A stretch of DNA of 64,000 bases from Yuukianura sp. NJ FZ-2021 (Eukaryota), in NCBI GenBank assembly GCA_046563655.1, contig CM102287.1:4836001-4900000 (forward strand), read 5' to 3'. Shown in pieces: positions 13,169-26,400 of the stretch. Both the position numbers and the translations under genes were made by a program. A model generated the notes under the pieces. It searched no databases and was not told the origin of the DNA. It was given only the letters and a program-made list of their open reading frames with translations. The first letter of the stretch is position 1. Every line of letters begins with the position of its first letter.

Positions 13169-13932
13169 GACATCTTCACGTTCAATTGATTGATTACCAG
13201 CTGATTGGAGCTGAGATGAGAAGAGAAGAAGAGAACACAACTTCAATTAAACTGAAATTAAAACAGAATTTATAGCCAACTGGTACCAAGTTACTACACA
13301 GAATCCCCCACCGAAAAAACTGAGTCACTGATGAATGTTGTGTTGTGTTTGTGACGAAATCAGAAATCATATGATTGCTCAAAAAAAAACTTGAATTTCA
13401 TGAATGTGAAACCCAAATGAAGTTAGAGTTGGACAGTACAGACTTAATTTTTAATTGAAAATCCTGTAAAATGTATCTTACCACCGTACCATTACCGGGT
13501 CTACCTCGAAAACTTCAAAAACTCTCACTTAATTCATAATTTATAAAATTAGCTAGGAAATTAGCAATGATTACTACCTGATTACTTTATACAAGGTTGT
13601 TCATGGAAATAAAATTATTAAAACTGATTATAAAATATGGTTATCCCTAAGTAAAATGAAATGATCTTACTAAATGATTTTTAGTAGTACATTATTGCAC
13701 TTCTGCACTGCTGTCTACTAGATAGATTAACAGAGACAACTGAAAATGCAGTATAGTAAGAAACGATAGTTGAAGAAATTAAGTTAGTAGCATGCAATTA
13801 AGTACGAAAAGTAAGCAGTGACAGCACGTACGCACGTAGGTAGCATTCCAGTTTGTTTTGACATGACTCGTGTAACAGATGGCTTAACTACGCTGACTGG
13901 CTGACAGAGTGAATACTACGATGATTACTTGT

Positions 13933-15333
13933 TCAACGCCTACGCTTACGGCGCTTCGATGCTGAATTGGTGTTAGCTGTACTCTAGTATTTGAAAAGAA
14001 GAGTGTTAAATAAAATCATCATTAAAGTTTTCGAACATTCAGATTCTTGAATTCCTTACCTTGCGCTGTGGACTTTTAGCCTTAACGGGTGAAGGTGTTC
14101 GTGAACTGTCTGTTTTTTTCGGTACCACGACAGAATCATCTCCAGCATTGCCTCTTTTCGTCGCTTGGTTCTGCTGGCTCTTGGTTCTGGCACCAACAAT
14201 TGGTGTAACTTCCATATCCTCCCCAAATCTTTGGCTTTTCTTTCGATCTCTTGCGGACTTCCGAAGCTCAATTACGACTGGAGAAGTCGTAACAACTCCA
14301 ACGGGTTCTTCCTCGTCAGTAGCAGAAGCTTCTTTTTCTTCATCTTCATCCTTTGGTTCGGTTGCTTCATCATCAACTTCGTTATCTCCGTCGTTCTTCG
14401 GTTCATCATCTTTCTTCTCAATTGTTTCATCTTCAGTTTCATCATCATCTCCTTCTCTGCCGTTCTTTGGTTCCTCTTGCTTTTCAATCTCGACACAGTC
14501 GACACTTGCAGTTACTTCGGACGCGACGACTTCCATTTGAGTTTCTTCCACCTCCACTTCAGAGTTAGTGCTTAATTCTAGATTATTACTTGGCTCTTCT
14601 ACAGCAGATTCTTCAAGCTTGTCTTCAGGAACTTCTGAGACAGAGGAAGTATTTTGATCTGGAACTTCTTCCTTACTTTCACTCTGTTCAGCCTCAGCTT
14701 CAGTTCCATTTTGGCTTACAATGGTGGACTCCGTTTTTGGATGCTTCGTATGGAAGTTTTTGAATTGTGGAATGAGTTCACTTATTGGAGCAGTAGGAGT
14801 AGAGAAGTTGAGGAGGGTATTGAAGTGCCCGTACAACTGAGATGCAATCTTGGCGCACTTAACGCAAAATCCAGCTTCCCGGAGTTCATCCCTACTGGCC
14901 TGTTGACGATCAGTCTCTGGCGAAAACACAGATGACAAGGCATCCACCAGATACATCTTGGAACAGTCATCTACTTTATCCTCTTCCTCTTCCTCACAAT
15001 AACCGACCTAACAACAAAAGATAATTAGCCTCACAATCTTATACTTTCCTTATGAAAAAGATTTACCTCGATTTCTGTAATTCGGAGGTTTTGTTTCGTG
15101 AATACTGTGTCACAGTTTACACACTGTAACTGCGGCTTTGACTTCACTGCAGTGACGATTGCATCATCATGTGTCTTGGGTTCTTCAGCTTCTGGTGGCT
15201 TTGATTCTGCTTGTGATTCCGATGGCCCAGCTTTTGGTTTCGAAACGACCGACTCTCCATTTTCGTTTTCATCCGTTATGTTTACTTCCAGCAGCGGCAT
15301 GGAATCTGAAAGCGGCTCCGGTTCACATTCCAT
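13933..15333 (-). CDS. Uncharacterised acidic nuclear protein with a ZAD-like pair of CxxC motifs; exons 15333-15067, 15007-14060, ~13983-13933
   Basis: Long Glu/Asp-rich ORFs join by GT-AG introns. CxxC pairs are LQCVNCDTVF and GFCVKCAKIASQLY. The basic C-terminus is ...SASKRRKRRR* (NLS-like). Confidence 0.7.
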
Positions 15334-15873
15334 AACTGTTGACAGGTGATTAATCGATGATTACTTTTCCTGATTACTTGATTAATTCAGCAGAAATGAG
15401 GAATCAGATCAGATGCCGAAACCGAAAGCACTACTGCACGAACTGGAGAAGAGTACCGAACGAACACTGATGAACTGAAGAAAGAAACAAAAAAAAAAGA
15501 AATTCAATCAAATTATAAATTCAGTGTTTGTGTTTTTTTAGTCTTTTCAAATCAAGTTCCCGCTCTTTGTCTCACGATTCCCCAAAACGTCTGTCTGACG
15601 TTTTCCTTTTTTCTGTGAATTAGACAGTACAGCTATGGGGTACCGTGAGAATTTGCGGGAAAACATTTTGAAAGTGTCAAAATTAATTTTAAAAAATTTC
15701 AAAATTCATTCAAAATCAAATTGAAATTCCAAATTCTCAATTCCAAACTCCTCAATTCTAAAAATTCAATAATTAATATTTTTCAAGTGTTGAACTGATT
15801 GATTAGTGATCAATTCAATCAGGCAAATCAATTAATTTAGCCCGGAAAGTATATTTGTGGATTTGATTAGAAG

Positions 15874-17204
15874 ATGTCATCTGTAATACCTGGTGGTTTC
15901 ACCTCCAACTCCAAGTATGAAAATCTACCGGGAATCGTAAGCTGCTAAAATCTTAATGTTAACTAAACGCTATCAATTACTGTGCAGTTGATTAACGTCC
16001 CTCTTGTTGTTGTAGGCTCACGATCAGCCAGACGTGTACGAGACACCGGACTTGCCAGAATCCGATCAATACGTCGATTTTGGGCGGTATGATGAAGTGA
16101 GTAATCCTTGCATCGAAACTCCATCAATCAGCGTCGAGGCCGCCTTTGAGCGATTCCGTCTACAACGTCTGCATGGGAACGTCAACTTCTTCGACCTCTA
16201 CAAAGGCTACTCCAATGATCCTGTAGTCGAACCACGCAAGGAAACCATAGCCGAGAAGTTGGCTCGACTCAAATTAGAGGTGGCTGAGCTAGCTGAGGAA
16301 ATGGTGGCCAATCCTCCTTCAGATCCGAACCAAATAGATGAATTGCAGGAACTGGAGAAGAAGATGGGGATGCTCATCAAAAGTAGACATCCGAATCCCA
16401 GTGTCCTCCAGGAACGTTTAGCGGGATACGCCAAGAAGCCAGAGTCGGATCCTAATGGTCTTCAGTACGAACTCCATTTGGAGAAGACGTTGAACTTGAG
16501 TTCCGCTGGATCCATTGGACAGAGGGCCACTGAACTGGAGTCTCGCATCCAACGTCTGGAGCACGTATTAGGCCAAAGCAGGGAGAACCTCGTAAGAAAC
16601 CATTATTTATTGTAAACTTATTCAATTATTAATTAACAATCCATTCCAAATTGTAAAATCCTTGTTGTTGTTAGGCTCCTCTTGGCTTCCAATCGAGACA
16701 TAGCAGCGTCCTTGGTGCTTTGACGGTGTTACATAGTAAACTGGGACTACTGGAACCTGCGCACATTGAAATCATCGAGTCACGCCTTGCTTCCGTTCTT
16801 CAAAAGGTGAACAGCATTGTCGAAAAGAAACTGGATGTACAAGAGCTGGAGCGGAACTTGAAGGTGACATTTCCTTCTCAAATTCAGTCAATTGATCCTT
16901 AAATTACCCTTAACTGTACCGTATAACTTAATTAACCAAAACTAATTAATAATCGATTTGTCATTTGCAGTTGTCTTCGCTGTACGACCTTCTGGAGACT
17001 TCTGCAGCTACAATCGAGGCTCTGCCTGAACTGTCTGAGCGATTTGAGGCTCTGAAAGACCTTCATAGCCATGCCGCTGGAGTAATCTCAGAGATCGGAG
17101 CCATCAAGGCTGTCCAGGAAGGAATTGCAGCAGGGACATTGGAAAATGACAAACTGCTGAGGGAACTCAAGGGGACCCTTAGTGTCGTCATAAGTGAAAA
17201 GTGA
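15874..17204 (+). CDS. DCTN2: Dynactin subunit 2 (p50/dynamitin), 4 exons
   Basis: KYENLPGI|AHDQPDVYETPDLPESDQ...ETIAEKLARLKLEVAEL...LESRIQRLEHVLG...LPELSERFEALKDLH are diagnostic dynamitin motifs. Confidence 0.93.
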
Positions 17205-17425
17205 ACTCCCTATTCTCTGTTTCTCATAGGTTAATTAAGTTTCTATGGTTTTAACCTAATTCTCGGAATCTGTCCAGTCCGTAACATTTAAGTTTCTAAC
17301 CTAATGTCTTTTGACAAGTTTTAAAAGTAAAGTAATTCCTCCCTCTGGTGATTATGTTCTAAGAAATGTTTTGACAGGTTAGGATAGGATATAGGATAGG
17401 ATACCCCGGGCTGACCTTGTTGACC

Positions 17426-20400
17426 TCAGGGCTCGTTGGGGACAAGGTAGGAGACTTTCACAGGGTACACGAGCAGGTTCCCTGCATCTAGTGTTAACAG
17501 TTGTTTGGCTCCGGGATTGTACGAAACCATTGATGTTTGCATGAAGGGATTTGTAAATTGGAGGTCAAGTTTGTGCAGCAGTTTCCGACGGTAGAGGTCA
17601 AGGCCAAGTCTGTATCAAAAACAAAAATCGGTGATTTCCTGCTTCTTTTAACTGAAACTTGTGTGCGAGTGAATGTAATTCGCTTACCTGATTTTGCTGT
17701 CCCTCTCCCTCACACTGTCCACTGAAAAATTTTACAATTTTTATTCTGAAAATTTTCTATTTTGAACAGTTTTGTTATTTTTAATTTTCCAACAGATGCG
17801 TATTACCTGCATAGAGGATGCCACAAGTGATCCACATGTCGCCAGCATGGAGATGGCTGATTGTGATGTTCCAGCCATACACAATCTCCAGACGGTTCTC
17901 CTTCACTTCAATCTGAAAACGATTCCAAAACAGGCCAGATTTAAAAACAAAATGCCAATATTGCAGTATTTGCGCAACATTGGTTAATTTTACACGAAAA
18001 AAAAACTATATTAATTTTCTTCCAAAAAACGAATAATCGCTTTCCGTTTCAAAAAGAAAAACGATACTACAACTACGGGGATATACACACGTTAGGTAAA
18101 CTCATAAGTACCATGCAGTGCAGTAATCAGAGTCATAACTGAAGATTCAATTTCACAAAGGTACAAGTAAAATTCTATTAAATTGCAAGTGGAGTTTCAG
18201 TTTCACAAAAGTATAAGTAAAATTTTGGAAAAGTGAAAGAAGAATCTAACTTTGAAATCAAACTCCGTTCATTTGTTGACGTTTAGTGGAAGCCTGGATT
18301 TAATTAGTGGACCAATTCGTGACAGAAAACAAAGGAAGTTGAACTGTTCAAAGAACAGAAGATGCAAAAGGAAAGTGTGGATTGGACTCTTTTGCTTAAA
18401 ATTCCCAATTAAAAGGCTCCTTTGTTGACTTTCAACCTTTCACTTTCATCACTTTCTCTCAGTCCCACTCCAAAGGCAACCAAACCAACGAAGTGAAACG
18501 GCAAGAACTCCAGAATAAGTTCAACTTGTCCTTGAAAGCAAACACAAGATTCTCCAACGTTACAATTTGTATCATGCAGGTCATTTACCCCCTGAGAAGC
18601 AGAGGTCGTTGACCTCTGACCTCCTCACCTTGACGACGATTGTGTTTGTGCTGTCTGGAGTGGTGTAGATGGCCCACAGTCCGTTTTCATCTACTGCCAA
18701 ATCCACTTTGGAGATGGAGGCGACGGGACTTCTGGGGGAGTAGAGTGGGGCTGACGCGTTAGAAGAGTACGGAAGCGAAATTTCTAGGAAATGAAAACAA
18801 ACGAAAAGAAAATGAAAAAGTACTTCAATTCATTTGCTCCTTTTCCACATTGAGGTCAAAGGTCAATTATGTTTACCAGAAACGTTTTTGCGCTGATTCA
18901 GAGAATACTGGATGATTCTAAGGCGGTTCTCACTGTCGGGTTCAGCAGCGACGTAGTAGAAGCTTCCGTTGAAAATAGCATGAAAATTTCCCTGAAAATT
19001 AATCAATTTTTTACAATTCTAAAGAATTAAAAATACATACACAGTCACGCACACATTTGATTTCTAAACTTTCTAATTGCTTTCTCCGCTAAATTTTTCC
19101 ATCGAATCGCTTTCTCTCTCCCAATTTTTTGATCTGAGTGAAAGTGACTTTTTTTGTGCTTCTGCGGTAGAAAGATCTCCACCGTCCCCCGGTTTGTGGA
19201 AACCGATTTCGGAGGCAGTTGGGGTGAAAGTGGTCACTTGAGTCTTTTTTCCATTTGCTGGGATGTGGACTCGTAGTGTCTCCACTGGGAACAAAGTTGT
19301 TTTCCATTCGACCGAAATGGGGAACCCATACAAAGAACTAATAGAATTAAAGACAACAAACTTCCTTTTCCCTCAAGTCCCCCCTATTCTCAGAAGTCTC
19401 CCTCCCCGTTTCCCCGTAAAGGTAAACTACTCAGGTCACTCCTCCCTCTCTCCTCACGTAACTTTATATGACCTCTGACACGATCTGCCACAAGTCGTGA
19501 CTTTTGTGTGTGGACCTAATGGGATTAGAGTTGTCACTCCCTGGACAGGGATAAAGGGATGTAGGATGAGGTCAACTGAATGGCCACGGTGTGTCACTCT
19601 TCCAGGACGAGACAGGGACCCCTGCTGGAAGTTAGGTTTTGGTGGAGATGCGGAAGTGTCAGTGCCATCCTCCCAGTACAATACAAATCACAACCAGACT
19701 CACTTCACAAAACGATCCTCAACCAAAAATCGCTTCCCACTCAAAACCCACTTTCACTATCTCTATCAAGCGCATTTTTCCATTTCCACCAAACACTTCA
19801 AACGACAATGCCAACTTGGAAGTAATTTCGAAATTGGAATCCCAACAGAATCAGTTTCCTCTACCTTAACTATACGCTGAAATTATACTTTTACATAATT
19901 TATTTAACTAAGTAATTAAAATCTTATTCTCTCGTAGTAAGTAAAAAATCTTTCCACATTTCAAAAATAATAATTATTTTTGAATTGCAACAAATTCTTT
20001 GTCACAATTCAATGTCCCCCAAAAATATTTTGTGGAAACAAAAAAGCGCTTCACATCTTAATTAGATCGATTTTTTCCCGACATGCATATGCAAGTAGGA
20101 TGATATGATAATTCATATTTTCTTTCAACCACTCACTTATAATCAAAAATCAAAAAATCAACCTTTCAATTTCAAAGGGAAAGACACGGATTTAAAAAAA
20201 AGAAGAAATTTTTACTCCAAAAAGGCGGAAATTCTGCAGAAATTCCTGTTTTCTGCACTCTTTTTTCCAAATTCAAAATTTTCATGTTTTTTTGGCCTGT
20301 ATTAGAAGGAGTAAATCTTGTAAAAAGAACAAAGCCCTATTCACTTTCTCCATCTCGATGACAGGTAAGAGGTAAGGAAGACATAAGTGGAGAAAGCGGG

Positions 20401-23400
20401 TGAGTGGAGAAAAATGTTTCCGTGGAAACATGATGAAAACAGGGACTAAACAAAAAGTGCTTGACGAATCATCACTCCCAATCAAAATCAATTCTGCTCC
20501 AAATCAGTAGTGTCCTGCTGATTCTCGTCCTAGTCAACTCTTGTACTCTTAACAGAGACTTTGACCTCGTTTGACACAAATCATGGAGAAAGTTGTGGCT
20601 GACGAACAGGCAGTCAACGCTCGACTAGCCGCTCTGTAAGACCCAATCTCCAAATTCAATTTTCCTAATCATTTCAAACATAATCCAACGTACTCTACTA
20701 AAAAACCTAACCTAATCAATTACTCCTCCCTCGTATCTCCATTTCCTTTTTTTCAGCTCAAAACTACAATTTTAAAAATCAAAAAAATCTATTTTTAAAA
20801 TCAAAATTCAATCTCAACTGTGCGGTACTTTTGAAAACTTAACCTAATAACTTTCTCCCAAGCTGAGGATGGAGCTGAACTAACACAATTAGGCAAAATT
20901 AAAACCTTAACCTAATTGACACTTTGATAATTTGCAGAGAAGAGAGGCGGAGGGCCCTTGGCAGCAGATTGATTGACCTGCGATCAATCAAGGCCCCGGG
21001 GGACTTGGCTCTAATCCACGCCCACCTTCACCAAGCAGCTCTCCAGCGAAATGCTGCTCTCCTCCAGGTAATTAACGCCCTTCATTAACACCTAGGGTTA
21101 ACCTATCCAAACTTAAGCTTAAGCCTAACTTAAACCTTAGCCTAAACTAATTGAAGCTTAAGCTTAGCTAACCAATTCCGAATTTGATAGGAAGTGGATT
21201 TGGCCACCGGGAAACTGCATACTCGGACACTTCTGCCGATGCACCACAAAGTGCTGGCCCTTCGGAAGGCCTACATCGACAAGAGGCCATAACAGAATTC
21301 TTGCAGGGAAGCTGCTGTCCCTCGTGACTCATTAAACTGTTCCAGAACGTCCCTTAAGGGTCATTACAGAACAAGCAGCCTTCCAGGAACTCCCGCGTAC
21401 CGGGTATAAACTTTATTGAATTGAAGTTGGGAGAGGCCCCACTCCATTCTTTCATAATTCCTAAGGCCCATTCCAAAGTTTATTAACGCACAAAGTTTCA
21501 TGGACTCTCTGGAAGCAGGCCCTTAACGACTCAGTTTGAGAAGAACATTGTTCCTTAATCTCAGTTTCAACACTAACATTCTGTGCCAGAAACTAACAGT
21601 TTGACCAATTTTTCAAAAAATATGTTTCTCAAATTACCATAAGAAATCATGTTTCTGAAATTAGCCATTTTGCAATTAGAAAGTCGTGAATCACAACTCC
21701 AGCTTTTCGCTCAAAAGTTTTTTGAATTTACTAAAATAAAATTTAAAATTAGTTTTTTCTTACCTGAAAGTGTGGAATGACCGGATTGTGTTCCTTATCC
21801 ACTTGCTCCTTGGTGAAAGTCGTTTTGTTGACATACTCATACAGCACATACGTCCGATCCATGTGCGTTTTAAAGTAGCGTTCAGATTCTGGTGTTTGCG
21901 TCGACGCTTCACGCATCCAACTGCCATTGTGCTTAAACTCCCCATGGAACACAGGCTTCCCCACGGCTGACAAGCCACAACCTAACCAAAACAGAAGATT
22001 TACGTAAGTTCTAAACCTAACTTACTAAAAAGATAGACAAAAGTGAAAGTGTTGTAGATTTATTAGCTTCCACTTCAGCCTCTCTCACCTTCTGTTCTGT
22101 TCCTATCGTCCGGCAGGGAGTAATTCCCTAAACGAGAAACGTCCCAAGCAAACTTATCTGGAAACAGAAACCAAATGACCTTTGACCTTTGACATTTCAA
22201 ATGACCTGGGAATTTTGAATGAACAGAACTTGGCTGTTACCTAAGAGTTGGTAGCCACTTGGAGTGCACAGTCTACTGCTCACTTCTATTCTGGGGGGAC
22301 AACTGGGGCAAGGAGGTGGAGGACGACAGAGTTCCTGTTCTGCTTCCAGATCAGGTTGTGGCTAAAATCAATACAAAAGACAAGTTAATTGGGGTATAAT
22401 AACCATTAGGTTTAATTTATGGAAGTGTTTATGGCTAATTATGGTTTTCACACCTTCCCAAATACTTTTGGAGGCCCGGTTGTGGATTCGAATCCTGGTG
22501 GAGGCGTCGGATGACTTGAAGGCAACTCTGGACAACAACAAAAAACCTTAAAAAACTAAAAACAGCTTCACGCCACGTACAAAAAATTTAAAAATTTTGA
22601 TAGGAAATTTCCTACACCCCTAGCGTTATAAAAGTTGAACGGCAAATATCCATGACATGTTTTCAGTTTTTGGTTTTGATTTTTGAGAAAAATGACTTTT
22701 CAAAAGTTAACTTTTGAAAACTTTAATTAAAATTGATCTTACCGCCAAGAGTGACCTCGCCCTTGACAAGGTCAAAAGTATTTTTGGCAATACAGAAGTA
22801 CAGACCAAGGTCATTTCTGGTGGTATACCTCACCGTTAGAGTCATTTTGACCTGTGTTGAAATGAAACAGGTCAAAGGTCGAATCAAAATACAGAGGTCA
22901 AAGGTCAAATAATTTCAGTATTTTGATAAAATGGTGACCTTGTAGAGGTCATATTCCACAGAGGAAGTGGTATGTTTGGTTTCATTTGAGATTGAAGTGA
23001 TGTACTTTCCCTCCGGCGTCTGCCAGGCAGTGGCTCCTCTGGGGAAAGCTTCCACTTCACACTCCAGCCCAATCGTTCTTCCTAAGATGACGCCAACCTG
23101 ATGCTTACTCACCACAATTCTAGGAGCGACTGTCACAAACATGACCTCAAGGTCATCAAAAGTTCATAAACCAAATTTTGACAAGCGTCGGCCTTACAAT
23201 TTACATGAAGGGCATGAGTTCTAGACGCAGATGGGGTGACGGCATTATCCGCAAAACAAACATAACGCTAAAAATAAAAAAAAAATGAACTTCGTTGCTT
23301 CCAAACTTGATTGAAATAATTTCGCTTTGTAAACTTTTTTTCCCATTTCGAAAAAATTTTTGTTGCGCTATGTTTGGTTTGCTTACCCCCATGTGAATTC

Positions 23401-26400
23401 TGTTGACCTTGGTGAAGTTGAGCAGCGGGTCACCGACATCCGAATCTGAAAAACGCACAAGCCAAAAGTGAGTTGTGATTGGTTAGAAGTTCATGGCGGG
23501 AGGTCAAAGGTCGAATTTTGATTGGTTGGAAGTAGATGCGGTTCAATGGTTCATGGAGCTTGAGGGGAGTAGAATCTTTGTTTATTTTTGTAAAGATGAA
23601 GTGTTCATTTCCTGTGGGACTTAGAGCGTGAGTGCGCGTTCATGTAAAAGTTGTGCTTTGAAGTTTGTTGTAAAAGTGGTGCTGGAGTGCAATGGAGTGG
23701 GTTTCGTAGTTGTATTGATTTTGGACTAATTAATTTAGCCTCCTGTGGGATGAAGCGGGCTAAATGAGGGCCAAGGGCTAAACAAAGGGAGCTAAAAGAG
23801 AAAGTTAATTGGATAGGACCAAAGTGTAAGTGGCTCACATGCAATGAGGCCTTGATGAATCGGCAATCCATCTTCGCGTGCCCAGGTAATCCGAGGCACT
23901 GGAGAGCCAGTGGCACTACAACGCAGTCGCACTGTCTCACCCTCCATCACCACCAGTGGACGCACTCTTGTGTCTGACCCTGAAAAGTCCCTAGGTCAAG
24001 GTCAAAGGTCAATTCAAGGTCAAAGGTCAAGTCTATTTTGAGTCAAATAACCCATAATTGATGGTGGGATGAGAATTGTTGTGTTAAGTGCTCCCGTGTC
24101 CACTCCGCCTCCGACGAATACTGTCGTATTGACTCCGGGAATACCAGGAATGCCATCTCGACCACTCGGGCCAACCGTTCCAGTCAAACCAGTAAAACCT
24201 AACAAAAACCGCAATTAGCACAAAAAGTTACGTTAATTACAATTTTTTTTTCAGAATGTGATCACTGATTACTGACCTCTTTCGCCCTTGTCCCCCTTTG
24301 GCCCACTAGCGCCAGCTTTTCCTAAAATAGAAAAAAATGATGAAAATGTTAGCAATGTTTGTTGAATAAAAGAGAAAGCGTGGGAAATGTGCTGCGTCCA
24401 TTAGGGTCGTCGTGCCTAATTAAAAACGAAGGCGGATGTGAATGACTGCAGCCTCTGCAACAACACTCCTAATGACCTCGCTGACCTCGGCTGATTCAAC
24501 TGCCGCCGGAAAGCAGCAACATAACTTAAACATAACCTAAATAATGTTAGACTAATAGTAGTGTGAAAACGAAGTGAAAGTTCTACCGTCTTTTCCGTTG
24601 GTTCCATCCCTTCCAGCAGGTCCAGGCAGACCCTCCAAACCTTCAAAATACACAAAGAGCATTGAGTACAAAAAGCGGCCATTTAAGAGTCGGACAATAA
24701 AGTGGGCTTACCCGGAATCCCATCTACGCCGTTCCTTCCTGTTAAAACAAAAGTAAATCTTTGCAAAAAGAACTTAAAAAACAAAACGCTCACGTTAAAC
24801 TTCTCACCTGGAACACCGTCCAAACCTAGATAGAGGTCAAATGTCAAGTTATTCCAAAAACTTAAATTTAAATTTGAAAAAAAAGTACTGAAAAAACCAT
24901 GTACCTGGCTCTCCCGGAAGCCTGAAGAAAAATACTTTAAGTATTATTATAATCCAAATATTGCATTCAGATCAGATCTTTCTATAATTCCCTACTTACC
25001 CATCTCTTCCCTCGATTCCTCTCCCTATGTATGGAGTATTCAAAGATTATAATTATTATACATTATAAAATTATAAATTATTAACTTATAAATTATAACA
25101 TTATAAATTATAAATTTATAAATCATAACCTTATAAATTATAAAATTATACATTATAACATTATAAATTATAAAATTATAAATCAAAAATTTTAAATTTT
25201 AAATTATTAATTCTAGTTCGTAAAATTATACTTTTTGGAATTAGTTTTTGAGTTTTGAACTTCATTACCAGGTTCCCCCTTTTGGCCCTTGAAACCATGT
25301 GCTCCGGTAGGCCCCTTCAAAATTAAACTTAATTTCAACTAAACTAAACTAATTAAACTGAATTAAACTTGACCTTTGTAGTTTGAATTTTTTTTTGCAA
25401 AGATACAATTGAACTAACCACTGGTCCTCTAGCTCCGCGATCACCAGGCCCACCCTTGTCACCTCTTTCACCTACGTCAGTAAGCACAAATTAAAATTTA
25501 TCTAAAAACGCTGACCTAACTTGAATGCGACCTTTGACCCCTGGAAGCCCGATATCTCCTTTGCCTACACAAAAACAATCTCAGCTAAACTATGAAAATT
25601 CAAAACAGCACAAATTCTCGGATGGCTGAGAACTGTGGATGGCTTACAGTAATCTTTCGTTTTGGAACAAAAGTCTTGAATGGCCATCACCTGCAACAAA
25701 GCCAATAAAAAATTAACAGAGTTTAAAATTTTCGCAAACAATTTCATGAATACTACAGAAAATAAACTGCAACTTTTTAACTTTTAGTTTTTTAAAAATT
25801 GAAGAAAGTAAACCGGAAGTGGAGAAAGTCTGGATCAGAGATGGTTAAAAATAAAACCTGCTTTCCCCCAACTTCTTCCTCCTAAAACTTTTGGGGCGTT
25901 TTGAATGGCTTGTAACCCCAAAACTACACATTAACTTTTAACACGTTGTTTTTTAACACCCTAAACATAACACCTTATTTAATACCCTAACCTTCTTATA
26001 GCTGTTTCCCCCAAGTCATATTACAATTTCCTGTGAAGTTGCAATGGCTTTTCCTAAAATGTTAAACCCTCCCGGGGAAGTCTGTTCTTAATTTGGACTT
26101 TACTGTGCCCTTGTCAGTGTTTGTTCAATTTGTGATGATGTGAGATTTAGAGACTGGAAGTGCCTCCCTCCCACTGCGTCTTTGTACATGCTTTAAATGA
26201 GTTTTTAGAAGAAACGGAGAGATGCGGTTGGACCTAGGAAGAGACGAACCCACTCCCGTTGTTTTGGTGAAAGAAGATGAGACCACAAGTCCTGCTTAGA
26301 TCCCACTCTTATTAGATTATCACACCCTCACAACGAGCACATGGATCCTGTTGTCTAGCAACCAGCTTCCAAAGGACACAAACCAATGGACACACTACTA

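Noticed and set aside
14061..14935. Several plus-strand ORFs rich in Ser/Phe
   Set aside because: They are antisense shadows of the acidic minus-strand exon.
19073..19880. ORFs of 70-127 aa in the large colmedin intron
   Set aside because: No recognisable motif, and I could not build a consistent spliced model.
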